The position numbers and the translations under genes are program-made. A stretch of 64,000 nucleotides of DNA. Origin: Albugo candida. Taxonomy: Eukaryota. Of the stretch, positions 1 through 11,379 are shown piece by piece. Position 1 is the stretch's first letter, and each line of letters opens with the position of its first letter. A model generated the notes under the pieces. It was not told the DNA's origin. It did no database searches and saw only the letters and a program-made list of their open reading frames with translations. Where the stretch lies: contig JBDOQK010000003.1 in the NCBI GenBank assembly GCA_040437565.1, positions 496,001 through 560,000 on the forward strand, given 5' to 3'.

Positions 1-473
1 CTGCACGACCACCATCTTGACTCACGGCAGTTTTGCTTTGATCGAGCCCAGCCGAGTCTGTCGATGACTTTTGCGACGTCATTGCCTTGTTGTTGCTGGC
101 TGAGAGCTCATTATTCAAATCGATGTACGAGGGCCTTGGACTCGTGATTTGACTTGGAGATATAGTGAAAGCTATACAGTGGTAGAAATGAGGTGTTTTA
201 ATAAGAGCGATCGCTTTACATACCATCTTTTGGAGTACCACAAAGATGACATTTTGTGACTGTGGGATGGTTTTTATGGGCACAAACTATACAGTCCCAC
301 TCAACCTGCCCTTCTTCTAATATGGTGTCTTCTAATTCCTCACGCAAAAGAGGATCTAAATTGATCGATGAAGGAAGTGCTTGAGATGCAAATACTTTAT
401 TTCGACATGCAATCGCTACGATCGCTGCTATAATGATCAAACAAAGCGGGAGTAGCGCGATTAGAATGTCCAT
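1..473 (-). CDS. 5' part of a gene: N-terminal hydrophobic anchor plus RanBP2-type zinc finger; runs off the window
   Basis: ORF 216-473 has a hydrophobic N-terminus and WDCIVCAHKNHPTVTKCHLCGTPK (W-x-C-x2-C-x3-N-x6-C-x2-C). GTATG donor at 223 and AG acceptor at 172 give a 52-nt intron. Confidence 0.7.
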
Positions 474-769
474 ATAAGCGCAGAATTATCGAACTGTATG
501 CTGATACGTGAATAAGGTGTGCATGCAATTTATAAACGAGCAGACTTTACAGTAGAAGGGATACAGCGTTAACAAATTTATCCTCTGGTTCGTTTCGACG
601 CTTATAAGTTATGGCAGACGCTGATAGGACTCTGCATTGGGTTGTCGGTTTGCCTGAACCCGTCTCGTGGTAGTTCAACAAGAAAACGGACAGCGAGCAG
701 AAACGTTTATACTAAGTAAGGCTGCCAGAAGCTTTTATGAATGTATCTGAAGCCAGTTTGTGTGTGTAG

Positions 770-2085
770 CTACTCGTCAGTTGGTGGAATCTTCTGCTTC
801 TCGTTTGCGTTCCACGACGAAATCCAAGTGTTGAGAACATCTGGTGCAAATATCAAGCCTTCCTGTGCGCACTTGGCTGTGGCCACATTGCAAGCAAAAG
901 CCGCAGCTTGATGTATACTTGAGCTTTTTACGAGTGATGCTATCGTTGCACCAATGAATGTATCTCCCGCACCTACAGAATCGACAACTTTTGACAGAGA
1001 TTTAGTTGGCGTGTAGTGGGTCACTTTGCTTGAAGATGTGATGTAATAGACGCCCTCAGAACCCCATGGACAAAATATCGCTTTTGAAAACTGCAAATTT
1101 TCGCGTCGCATTTCATTCAGAAATCGTGTTGCAGTCTCCATCCTCAACTTACTTTGAACAAAATCCTTCGATACGAATGCGAAATCTGAAAGAGCCACTA
1201 GTCTATTCGAATACAAAGTTATCAAAAGTCCATCCACTGGTTTGATCAACGCTGTTGATTACTCTTTGCCGTAATTCCAATCCTGGCGCAGTGACTCAAT
1301 CTCGACAGAAATGATAAAGCATCCCAACAAGCGATACGAACGAAGAAATCGCACCATCTCCAGCACATTCACCATATCTCTACCTTCAAAATGGAACCAT
1401 TGATTCGGGATGCTTGTTCTGGTAAAGTACGTTTCGATTTGATGTTTGAATTGCTCAACTGAAAGCTCTGGTAAACTCCGCGAATGCACAATAGTTCTGC
1501 TACCAGTCTCCTCGCTTGATACGATGTACTTCGTTTACAGCAATCATCGGATAAGAACATCACTATGGCGTTTCAAAGCGTATACTTACGGATGTGGGCA
1601 ACGATCCAGTTTGTAGTATCTGACAGTTGGAGCAATCGATACCTACTTGCTCTAATTCGTTAAATATAAACGCAGCATCGCGATCGATTATCGGATCAGT
1701 ACAGGTCCCAATCCATTTGCACGAATTATTAACGAGTTGGGCGCACACAACCTAATAGAAATTGATGGGAATTCAATTAGTCAGCGTAATTCTACTCACA
1801 AGTGCATTTGTCCCATTGCCTCCTCTGTGCGTAGAGAGCGGCGTCATTGATAAGACAGCATTTTTAGTTCCTCTGACCTTCTTTTCGTTGTTCTGATCGC
1901 TCGAATCTATTTATAAAGAATATCTTTATCAAACATCATAAATTAACACTAAGCACCTTTGTATCCTCTAAAGTCTCAAACTTTAGAACAAATCACTTCG
2001 TAAAATCTGAAGCCATACCTTGTGGGTACTCTTTTACTTGATGAATCACGTCGATAGCTCCAATACCGATTACAAAGATATCCAT
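770..2085 (-). CDS. PfkB-family carbohydrate kinase, ketohexokinase-like (multi-exon)
   Basis: Exons encode MDIFVIGIGAIDVIHQVKEYPQ, RGGNGTNAL, WFHFEGRD, PWGSEG and the PfkB signature VDSVGAGDTFIG. WFHFEGR resembles the ketohexokinase WIHxEGR motif. Confidence 0.85.
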
Positions 2086-2181
2086 TCTGAATATACATAA
2101 AATACTGAGACATTTTTCTGAGTCAAACGAGATACGGGGTTAGGCTTGATGCTTCTCGCCTTCGCGACGTCATCAATCGAG

Positions 2182-2298
2182 TTGCCAATCAGAAGGCAGA
2201 GTTTAGAACAATCTCGAAGGTTCGATCCAATCAGATCGAGTACACAGCCAGAAAGGAATCAATTTGCAACTTGCACTTCATTTCTCACTCTAGAATTT
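2182..2298 (+). promoter_or_regulatory. Divergent promoter with two CCAATCAGA boxes and an INR+FPR-like element
   Basis: CCAATCAGA at 2185 and 2227. TCACTCTAGAATTT at 2285-2298 resembles the oomycete TCAYTYYNCAWTTT core promoter and lies 10 nt before ATG 2308. Confidence 0.5.
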
Positions 2299-2307
2299 GA
2301 TACCAAC

Positions 2308-3156
2308 ATGGCAGCCACGACCAACGAACAACCAATGAACTCTGAGCAGCGCTCAGTCCATGTTCTTGTGATGCCGCTACCAATGACAATGTCGATTCAA
2401 TTTGAAGATGGAACCCGCGTTGCTGTCAATCACGGCCCCGCATTTGTGGAAATTCCTCTTGTCATTTCTGGATCGCATCAACCAAGTGATATAAGAGGAT
2501 TACTACATGAGTTTTTCATAAGACACCAAGACGAATCCCGTGGGCCACCGCCTACAAGCAAGGCTTTTCTCGACACTCTTCCGGTGGAAACTTGGGCAGA
2601 GAAAGATTTGGCTGCGAAATACTCTGATTGTGCGATTTGTTTATCCGACTACGAATGTAATGAAACTGTGTTGACGCTACCTTGTGAACACTTGTTTCAT
2701 AAAGAATGTGGAATGCGTTGGCTCGCAGAGCATAACATTTGTCCGACTTGCAGATTCCAGCTTCCATCGCAACAAGATGAGGAAACCGATAAAACAGACC
2801 GACAGGCTGACGCTGGATATAGCGCTCGTGAAGTAGGCACGCAAACGAACGAGCAAGAATTAACAAGTGGAGAAGATAGTGCTATGTCTCGCGGCCAAAT
2901 TAGGACGCATCAGCAAATTCTGGCTACGTCAGTTGAACCATACAGAGTCGTCAGGCGTCGTATCTCAGAACGCACAGACGAGGCGTCTGCACCGACTTGC
3001 AATCTAAACCACGATCTGGATGCATTGATGGACGCGGAAGCTGACGCTCTAGTCGAAGAATGTAACGATAACCGTCAAGTAGCTAATGTGATAGATGATT
3101 CTGAAATAGATGAACTTTGGTCGTCTCTAGATAATCAAATCGCTCGGAACGAATAG
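2308..3156 (+). CDS. RING-H2 E3 ubiquitin ligase (RNF126/Praja-like RING)
   Basis: GPPPTSKAFLDTLP followed by CAICLSDY...LPCEHLFHKECGMRWLAEHNICPTCR. First in-frame ATG after the INR-like element is at 2308. Confidence 0.85.
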   Translation: MAATTNEQPMNSEQRSVHVLVMPLPMTMSIQFEDGTRVAVNHGPAFVEIPLVISGSHQPSDIRGLLHEFFIRHQDESRGPPPTSKAFLDTLPVETWAEKDLAAKYSDCAICLSDYECNETVLTLPCEHLFHKECGMRWLAEHNICPTCRFQLPSQQDEETDKTDRQADAGYSAREVGTQTNEQELTSGEDSAMSRGQIRTHQQILATSVEPYRVVRRRISERTDEASAPTCNLNHDLDALMDAEADALVEECNDNRQVANVIDDSEIDELWSSLDNQIARNE

Positions 3157-3244
3157 ATTTAGGAGAAAGTTAGTATCACAAATGAAATTATAGTATTGTT
3201 CAAGACGTTTGTATAAATTTTCTTGGGTTACCGCGTCATACCTT

Positions 3245-3666
3245 ATGAGGTATGATCTCTTGCTTTGTTGAAAAAAAAGGTTCTTCAGTACTCAACTGCA
3301 TTAATGTGAGATTTCAGGATTGCGCCACGACGATTGGCGTTTTATGTGGTAACGTCAACCCTTCCAGGAACGATTGCTGGGATATATCTCTACAACGTAG
3401 GGAAGGAAATGGAGGCTGAGCATGACCGAACTTTTCTAACTACTGATCGGAGAAAAGAGAAGGATATGCATTCTGGAGTATACAGCGAGCCATCCAATGT
3501 CGAGAAACACCAAGAGATGGTCAATAGCACCATAAATGATTTGCGGAAGCGATTGGAGCAAATAGAAATGGAGCTTAGCGTAAGACAAAGTGAAGTTGTG
3601 GATGACAATTCCATGCGTTCGTCGGATACTTTGGTACAGACCGAATCAAGTAAAGGTGTTAAATGA
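3245..3666 (+). CDS. Small single-TM, coiled-coil hypothetical protein
   Basis: ATGAG at 3245-3249, intron 3250-3317 (GTATGA..TTCAG), joining in frame to give MRIAPRRLAFYVVTSTLPGTIAGIYLY followed by a heptad-like segment. Confidence 0.6.
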
Positions 3667-3877
3667 AGCAACAAACTTTTATGATATGTAGCAAAGCAAA
3701 GTTTGCTCACGTCATTTTTCTACTATACAATTATATCTGTGATACCTTTCATGTAGCAGTAGACTTTTCTATTCATCAGAACATTATCCACTCTCGGTTA
3801 ACAGGATAGGAATGGCCTCGTATTACCATGTTTTAAATGACCTAGATTTAGCTCAACTTGACATTGACACGATATCA

Positions 3878-4654
3878 ATGGCAACAGCCAAACATGTGTT
3901 TTTATATGTTCCCAATTTAGTCGGATATCTTCGCGTGATATTATCGCTGTATAGCCTCTCGATAGCCCTCGTCGATTATAAGACCAGTCTTGTTTGCTAC
4001 GCCTGCAGTTTTGCGTGTGATTACTTTGATGGCTTATTCGCACGTTGGTTAAATCAATGCAAGTGCATCCATCCATCTCATTGATCAGTCATTGATTGAC
4101 TTTGGTTTTGATAGGCTCATCTTTTGGAGCTGTGCTGGATATGGTCACAGATCGATGCTCCACCGCAGGCTTACTCTTTATATTGGCTCATTTGTATCCA
4201 GACAAGAGCATCTACTTTTTATACATTTTGTTACTGGATTTTTCCAGTCACTGGATGCATATGTATAGCTCGAGAGGACATCACAAGACTGGATTGCATG
4301 AGCGCAACTTCTTATTGCGCGTTTATTATGGATGTTATCCGCTTTTTGGCTATTGCTGCGTTGGATCAGAGGTCTTCTATATGCTTTTGTATATTTTAGC
4401 GTTTGATGCCTCATACAAAATTCCCCTCATACAACTGCCTCTAACCCATGTGAGTGAACCATCAAGCAAAAGGAAAACGTTGTATCTCACTTTGAAACCT
4501 ATTTCCCTAAATGTCTTAGCTCTGCTACATTGTGTGCTTACCGGCCTGTGTGATGAAGAATATTATCAATCTCGCTCAGCTTTTTAGCGCAGCGAATGCG
4601 ATTGCTACCGAAGATGCAGAAAAGATCAATACAAAGACGCGCAGAATCGGGTGA
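3878..4654 (+). CDS. PIS1: CDP-diacylglycerol--inositol 3-phosphatidyltransferase (PI synthase), 3 exons
   Basis: VFLYVPNLVGYLRV, CDP-alcohol motif DYFDGLFARWLNQCSSFGAVLDMVTDR, LDFSSHWMH. Last exon ends ...TRRIG-TGA at 4654. Confidence 0.93.
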
Positions 4655-4836
4655 TTAATAGCTAGCCCCTATGTGCGCCATATTCGATGTTTCCAAGCTA
4701 CCTTGGCTTTCGTCAAGTCGTGCAGAAACGAACCAATAATTCTCAATAAAAATATGTGCTTTGTATGCATTAACATTGAGCAATTAGGGCTGTATTTTGG
4801 CTGCCACCTCACTAAACATTTTTCTGACACAAGATA

Positions 4837-5874
4837 TCATGTGCTGAAAAAAACCTCATTTTTGACCTTTTGCCATAAAATTCGACTAAACGATTTTCGT
4901 TGCTTCGGGTTGTGATCTTTCATAGACGGTTTGTTCGGTGCAGATACATGCCGCTTTATCGGTCGCTGTTCCATCCAATCCGTACAATGTTGCGAGTAAC
5001 TATCTGTGAGGCTTTCGGTCGAGTCCCGACAACACACTTGAACCGTTGGTTGTGCCTCCTGATGTGGGCTTGAAATATTGGCTAGATATGCGAGCAAGTT
5101 TGGCTCATACGTACGCACAAACGCATTCAACTGGCCTGCATTGTGCACACTTGCATCAAACAATCTTCCATATAAAGTATGCTGAATAATCTTCGCCAAC
5201 TGGACCCCAAATAAAAATAAGCTTTTGGTATGTGATGGAAAACCAATTTTCTCAGGCTGAACCAAAATGGGGCAAATTATGCGAAGCACGATTAAATTAC
5301 CGACAGTATAGCGAATCACATTAGGCCTATCGTGAAAAACCGATTGAGATTCACTCAATATGTGCTGACAACACATTCGTAGATTCGCAGGTGCAAGAGA
5401 GCTGACTCGATTAAGACGCTCGATAATGCTAGCGATAGCTGCTAACTGATTTTCAGTACTGTTATGATCCATATTGGAGTGCGCGCTTGTGTACAATGCA
5501 CTCTTACCGAAAACATACTGCAAACCATATGAAAAATACTCTCGCGCCTGTTCGAAACAGATTGATTTGAGCATGCCGCTCAAGTCTGTTTCTGCGCGCA
5601 GAAACATTTCTGGACATCCCTTCGTATTTTCTAATTCTTTGCGCACAGCCTCTTCGAACGATTTCCTGTGCGGAAGAAAACTTAGCGCACATGTGAGCTC
5701 CTTCTCCGACATCTTTCGAGCCACAGGAATGGTCTAGTAAATCGGCTTTTCCTCGGACAAGTTTCGATTCGCTGTGAGAGGCTTAATCAGCTGAACAGAA
5801 GGAAAGTTCAGCTCATAGTGGGATAAATTAAATACTGCAGTGGTAGAAGTACGAAATGCACTTGAAACGTTCAT
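4837..5874 (-). CDS. RasGAP-domain protein
   Basis: ELENTKGCPEMFLRAET (arginine-finger region) and VGNLIVLRIICPILVQPEKIG (FLR...PA..P motif), LAKIIQH. The 5' exon and start near 5874 are tentative. Confidence 0.7.
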
Positions 5875-6106
5875 GGAATTTGGAATCTAAGTGGTTCCCG
5901 TCACCCGCTCCATACTTGAGCAAAGCGCTGCGTTCTTGCTCAGTTGATAATGCATTTTCTCCCCCTTAGTAAAATTTGCCCGAGCTTCTGCTTGTGCACG
6001 CGACCTAACTTATCCGTCTCTTTAAGGCGTGAAACGACCCGAGTAGTGCGCCAATCGTCTTCGCTTGAAAGAACGGCTGGAGCAAGCATTAACGCAAATC
6101 TAAGCA

Positions 6107-8926
6107 ATGTCAAAAAGCGCTTTGAGTCTCGCATGGACATTTGGATTGAATGCAAATTTGGTCAATGGTGTGCACAACCTTTCCACCGCGACAGACCATA
6201 AGATCTTTTATCCTGCTGCTCATGTCGGCATCGTATACGATTTGAAAGATAAGACACAAAAAGTTCTCCAGGGACACTGCCATGCCATCTCTGCGTGTGT
6301 CGTAAGCGAAGATAAGCGATGGATTGTGACAGCAGATCGTGGAGCAGATTCTCTAATTGTTTTTTGGGACGCTATCACGGGGCATTCAGTGTTCACAATT
6401 GAAAAACCGCATCTCCATGGAGTTGAGGCTTTGGATTTATCACCTGATGCACGCTTTCTAGCAACGTTGGGTTCCGCCTACAAGACCGATGACTCGAGCC
6501 CGGACGATTCAAAAGCACATCAAGAGAAAATTCCTGCTCGACAGGAGCTATCCATTTGGGATTGGAATGCTGCTACGCGACAACAAAGAATGCTAAAACC
6601 CCTATGTATGTCACATGTCGCGACAGAAGATGCACAGCGAGCGATACGATTTAGCACATTTAACCATTACGAGATCATCACAACAGGTTGCCAGCGGATT
6701 ATATTTTGGAATTGGCAAGAGCGTCGTTTAGTGTTTCACTCTCCCTCCCTAGTGCAAAGAAATTTCCGTCAAGCGATTGGAAACTTTACTCAATCCATTT
6801 TCGTACCCAATTCGACTCAGGCCGTCACTGGCACAGACGATGGGGATATTGTGCTTTGGGAATCTCAGGTAGCAACAGTGAAGGCTGAGAAGACAGTGAC
6901 GAGCCGGATAGGAAGCATGGAACGAAAGGCGACAAAGGTAATTCGGCTCGCTCCGAGTGTGAACAAGACCAAGAAAACAGCTATTTCTTGTTTAGTGGAC
7001 ATGAATGGATATCTAGTGATAGGAGCCAGTGATGGAAGCGTACGATTTTTTGATTTTGAGTTCCGCCTTTTAGCATGGTTTGAGAATATCAATGCTGGCC
7101 CCATATCCTCGATCTCATTTGCGCTCGCCTCAGTGGAAACAGGGCAATTGGAGGTAGAGCAAGACGAGCCATTTCTGGTGCCCAATTTTATTGTCAGCAC
7201 TTTGTTTGCCTTTGTTGTGGAATTGGAGGCAGAACTTTTCCGGGAGCATAAAGGTGGCGAACACTGCGGGACACTATTACTGCAAGGTGCGAGCGATGAT
7301 ATTCACGGTCTCGCAATGCATCCATTTCATGATCAATTTGCGGTGAGCACTTATTCCGGAACACTCCAATTGTGGGATCTAAAATCACATCGACTTGTGA
7401 TGGTTAATAAATTCAATCCCAAAAGATTTCGCCCACAGTGCTTAGCCTTTTCTCCTGATGGAAAGCGCTTATTTGTGGGTTTCACAAATGGAATTGTCAA
7501 AATGGTACATCCACAAAGCTTCGAAATAGCAGCAAGATTCACGAATTTGAAGGGATCGCCCATCACAATGCTACGGGTGAGCCCTGATTCGACTCTGCTT
7601 GTCGCTGTCGATTCCATGTTACACGTCGGTATGTGGCGCAAGAACGATGGATCAATGGCACATGAAAGCAGCATAAAAGCGGAAGGGATAATCGCTGTGA
7701 TCGATAAAGTCTTGGATGAAGACGAACGTTCTTGGGTGTTTCTTGGAAGATGTAAGAGTCACAGCAGGCCTATCACCGGAATGGAGTTTAGCATGTCAAG
7801 TACGACACCGTATCGGCTAGTCAGTGTCGGGGAAGATAGAACGATAGTGGAGTATTGTATGCGTCAATCGAATGCAAGTAATGGCATTGTTTTGACTCAA
7901 GACCCGGTCATTGTGGAACAAGACGCAATTCCTACTGCTTGTTGTTGGCATCCTGAAACAGCTGAAGCCAAAGAAGACTTGATAATCATTGCTAACAATG
8001 AGTACAAAGTCAAGCTGTACAACGCGAACAACAAACTGTGCCGCAAAACAACTCTAGGACCTTTGCTCGGCAGCTCGATCAACCGTCTAATACCCATCAA
8101 TCCCCACGAATCGGTGCATTATTGTGCATACACAACACCTGAAAAGGTAGTTGGTTTACTAAAGCTGCCCCTGGATGGGAACCCGCATCGTTTAATGGGT
8201 TTGATTGCTCATCCAGGTGAGATCACAAATGCCGAAGTTTCGGCCGATGGGCGTTTCCTCGTCACAGCTGGTGGAAATGACCGCACTATTCATGTCTGGG
8301 AAATGGACACAGAACGATTAGACGATATGGAGAAGGAGGGTGGATCAGGCCTAAAGCCTTTTTATGAGCTACTGGAGGGTGGCAAGAATGGTGCATTCTT
8401 CAATGATATCGTCGATTATTTCTATTATGCACAAGTGCGTACACAAGGAGAATGTACGACTGAAGAACGTGTGATCACACACCAAATTCCATTAGAGTCC
8501 ATTCCACAGGTTGTTCGGGCACTGGGCTACTACCCCTCTGAAGATGAGATCAAAAATATGCTTAGTGAGGTAAAGTACTCTACATTCTCCTCGACTACCA
8601 AGACCGTCCATAGTATTGGGCTGCAGGATCTTGTGAAGTTATACATCAATCATCGGCCGGTTTTCGAAGTGGATAAAGGTGCAATACAAAAAGCGTTTGA
8701 AGCCCTTGGTGGAGGTGAAAATGGTGATACTTCTATCAGTTGGAAAGTGCTCGAGTCAAAACTATTGCAAGAGGGAGATCAGATGACATATATTGAGCTA
8801 CAAAGCTGTTTAGAAGCGCTCGTCGCCACAGAGTATCACGGGAAGGAAGCCAACTACAATTTGCAAGTGACAGCAGATACATTTGTCGATGAGATTCTGG
8901 GTTTTGAAGATTGCGAAGCCGACTAA
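6107..8926 (+). CDS. CFAP251: Cilia- and flagella-associated protein 251 (WD repeats plus C-terminal EF-hand-like region)
   Basis: Intronless 939-aa ORF with WD repeats, LPLDGNPH...LIAHPGEI, DYFYYAQVRTQG and VRALGYYPSEDEIKNM, all typical of WDR66/CFAP251. Confidence 0.88.
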   Translation: MSKSALSLAWTFGLNANLVNGVHNLSTATDHKIFYPAAHVGIVYDLKDKTQKVLQGHCHAISACVVSEDKRWIVTADRGADSLIVFWDAITGHSVFTIEKPHLHGVEALDLSPDARFLATLGSAYKTDDSSPDDSKAHQEKIPARQELSIWDWNAATRQQRMLKPLCMSHVATEDAQRAIRFSTFNHYEIITTGCQRIIFWNWQERRLVFHSPSLVQRNFRQAIGNFTQSIFVPNSTQAVTGTDDGDIVLWESQVATVKAEKTVTSRIGSMERKATKVIRLAPSVNKTKKTAISCLVDMNGYLVIGASDGSVRFFDFEFRLLAWFENINAGPISSISFALASVETGQLEVEQDEPFLVPNFIVSTLFAFVVELEAELFREHKGGEHCGTLLLQGASDDIHGLAMHPFHDQFAVSTYSGTLQLWDLKSHRLVMVNKFNPKRFRPQCLAFSPDGKRLFVGFTNGIVKMVHPQSFEIAARFTNLKGSPITMLRVSPDSTLLVAVDSMLHVGMWRKNDGSMAHESSIKAEGIIAVIDKVLDEDERSWVFLGRCKSHSRPITGMEFSMSSTTPYRLVSVGEDRTIVEYCMRQSNASNGIVLTQDPVIVEQDAIPTACCWHPETAEAKEDLIIIANNEYKVKLYNANNKLCRKTTLGPLLGSSINRLIPINPHESVHYCAYTTPEKVVGLLKLPLDGNPHRLMGLIAHPGEITNAEVSADGRFLVTAGGNDRTIHVWEMDTERLDDMEKEGGSGLKPFYELLEGGKNGAFFNDIVDYFYYAQVRTQGECTTEERVITHQIPLESIPQVVRALGYYPSEDEIKNMLSEVKYSTFSSTTKTVHSIGLQDLVKLYINHRPVFEVDKGAIQKAFEALGGGENGDTSISWKVLESKLLQEGDQMTYIELQSCLEALVATEYHGKEANYNLQVTADTFVDEILGFEDCEAD

Positions 8927-8949
8927 GCCTTGATCCTCTTCTACGCTTG

Positions 8950-10550
8950 TCAGCACAAGAAAGAAGGCTTGAACAAGTTTTGGATTACATGCACGAAACC
9001 ATTCTTGCACGAGGTCTTCATTGACTTTTGATTTGACGAATGCGATAACAAGATGATATGGTCGTATCTATCAGCTTGATTACTATGCAGGTGCACATCA
9101 AAATCGTCCTCCAGTAAATCTGTCCGTGACATGAATCCAACTTCGAATCCCATGAGCTCAAGTAGAGGGCTGTCAAAGTGCCAAAGAAGGCTATAATTGC
9201 TGGTCTTGGGTCGGGTTTTCCTTCAAATTGCGTCGTAAGGGTGCAGACTCTGCATTCAAGTCTAAATCCGTTACCCCAGTAATCAGAGGAGCATCACCGT
9301 TCTCAAAAAAGTCAACTTGGTTGCGTTGAAGCTGTCCTTTACTGGCAAATGGATTCCATGCGATCTCTCGTTCACTATCAGTATAAAGTTCTTTTGTGAT
9401 TCCAATATCAGCCTGTTGTATTTGCTTGTCCGCATCAGTTCCAGCCATTGTATCTCTTGACTTCGTTGGTGAATGCAAACTCATTTGTAAAGATTCGCTG
9501 ATAGCTTCGTTCGCAATTCCGTTGAACTTTCGTCGAAGAGTGTGTTTCCTGAAAGCTACGTATTCTGGAATCGATTCTCTACTCAGACACTCAAAATCGC
9601 TCAAGCCATCGCTTTGAGCTTCTGATTCCTTCCGAAAATCCACCGCATCAGAAGTGCAAGCGTCTCCAGATGCCGCTAAAGGCCCAAAACCATCTTCCAT
9701 GGTTGTGAACGGATTCAGCTCATCCTCATCGCAATCTACTTTGGCCTCTTCTTGCTTATTGAAGGTGGCCCTTTGGCAGTGCTTTGTACTTCGATATCGT
9801 TTACCTTCATTTATTTCGGAAGCGTGTACTCTTGATTCGTTTGATGTCTTTTCTGATTTGTTGAAGCCCTTTATCTGCTGCAAATAAGCAACTAGCTCTT
9901 CTTTATTACCAGACGCACCTATCCCACCTGTCACTGCAAACTCTATCAACAGGCTACATAGATCACCAAGTTGTATCAGAGACTTGAATGCCGTCATGCT
10001 GAATCTCCGTACCTGTTTGCTAAAAGGACCAATTCGTTGATTTGATCGAGGCATCTTTCCATTTTGGTATTCCAATCTTCCATTCCAATGAGCCAACGCC
10101 CAGCATCCGCAACGTACGCTAATTTGGATCTGTGGTGAAGAATACTGAGCAACTATTAAGCAATAACCAAAAAAACCTACTCTAACTCATCTCGTAGCTG
10201 ATCACGATACTCGAAACATTGCATGAATAGTTGTTTTGCAGTCGCTGTGACTTCTAAAGAGGGAGATACATCAGTTATCGATACGCACTCGAAGTCAAAC
10301 AACAATGTATACTTAAACACTACCAACCAGGTGGTAAATGTGAAGACATACGATTGAAGTATTGCTCATAGTAAATGACCTGTTATAATAACAGGCAGAA
10401 TAGTCAGCTATATGCGCTACGATGCGCTTCAAATACTTTTTTCATAAAAGCCGACACATTCGATTCCAAGTTGAGAACTCCACCTGCGACTGAAGTGACA
10501 GATTTCGACAGAGCTGAAATTGTTTGAGTGTGTCCGAACCAAGTGGCCAT
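8950..10550 (-). CDS. Hypothetical multi-exon protein
   Basis: Long ORF 9191-10096 plus plausible flanking exons (ATG 10550, MATWFGHTQT; terminal exon 8950-9190). No family recognised and the ends are tentative. Confidence 0.45.
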
Positions 10551-10821
10551 GTTTCTTCTTATTCCTTCTTATTCAAAGCTTGGAATTCTTTTGTAACTGG
10601 AATGACGAGAGAACGATTTGTGTCAGATTGTCAGCTGTAAATAGAATCAAACGAGAATAATATTCACTTGCAAAGGTTATACAACTATGAACCAAATTAC
10701 AAGCTTCCCGAGAAGTGGGACAGAATCGAAGGATGGGAAGGGATCCATCACTTATAACTGCATAGTCAGCCTTGCCTTCATTTGAAAGTTAGAGCTCCCG
10801 GATAGGTTTATAGATAATTGG

Positions 10822-11379
10822 ATGTACTGGAAAATCCTGCTCTTGTTTATAGTAGAGTTTGTCATTGGGAGAAACGACGAGTTTTCTGGGTCCTTCCTAC
10901 GTGTCGTTGACCATAAGGAACATTATGAAGACGCGGCTGGAAGCAGTCAGCCTCAACTGGCGAGCGTGGAGAAGGTTGATGGCGTCAAGCATGATACTCT
11001 CTCAAGTGTTTATTTTCGTCGCCGTTTACAAGAAGACCCTGAAAAGAAAAGTTTGATGGAAAAAATTTTCAATGAGAAGAACATGATCGGTCTTAGCATG
11101 ATTGAGTCACTTCTACCTCCCGCTTATGGAATGGTCGCACCTTATTTACACTCACAGAAATTGCCAGATACAAAAGTCAACAAGACGGTAGATTCTCGTG
11201 CCCATGCGGTCAAGCTCATTGCGAATGAATCTATTCTTTCATCGCCTTTGGTGAACCTCAGCTCGGAGTTGTCTTCACTGGACATCAAGTTACAGCAGGT
11301 CAACATATCAAATGCAATAGCTACGACTAAGTCTCCGTTGGAATTGGCGCAGGATAAAGTCAACGCATTGGAAGAATAA
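10822..11379 (+). CDS. Secreted orphan protein with RRLQ motif (effector candidate)
   Basis: Intronless 185 aa; signal-peptide-like MYWKILLLFIVEFVIG; RRRLQEDPE at aa 66-74. Confidence 0.6.
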   Translation: MYWKILLLFIVEFVIGRNDEFSGSFLRVVDHKEHYEDAAGSSQPQLASVEKVDGVKHDTLSSVYFRRRLQEDPEKKSLMEKIFNEKNMIGLSMIESLLPPAYGMVAPYLHSQKLPDTKVNKTVDSRAHAVKLIANESILSSPLVNLSSELSSLDIKLQQVNISNAIATTKSPLELAQDKVNALEE

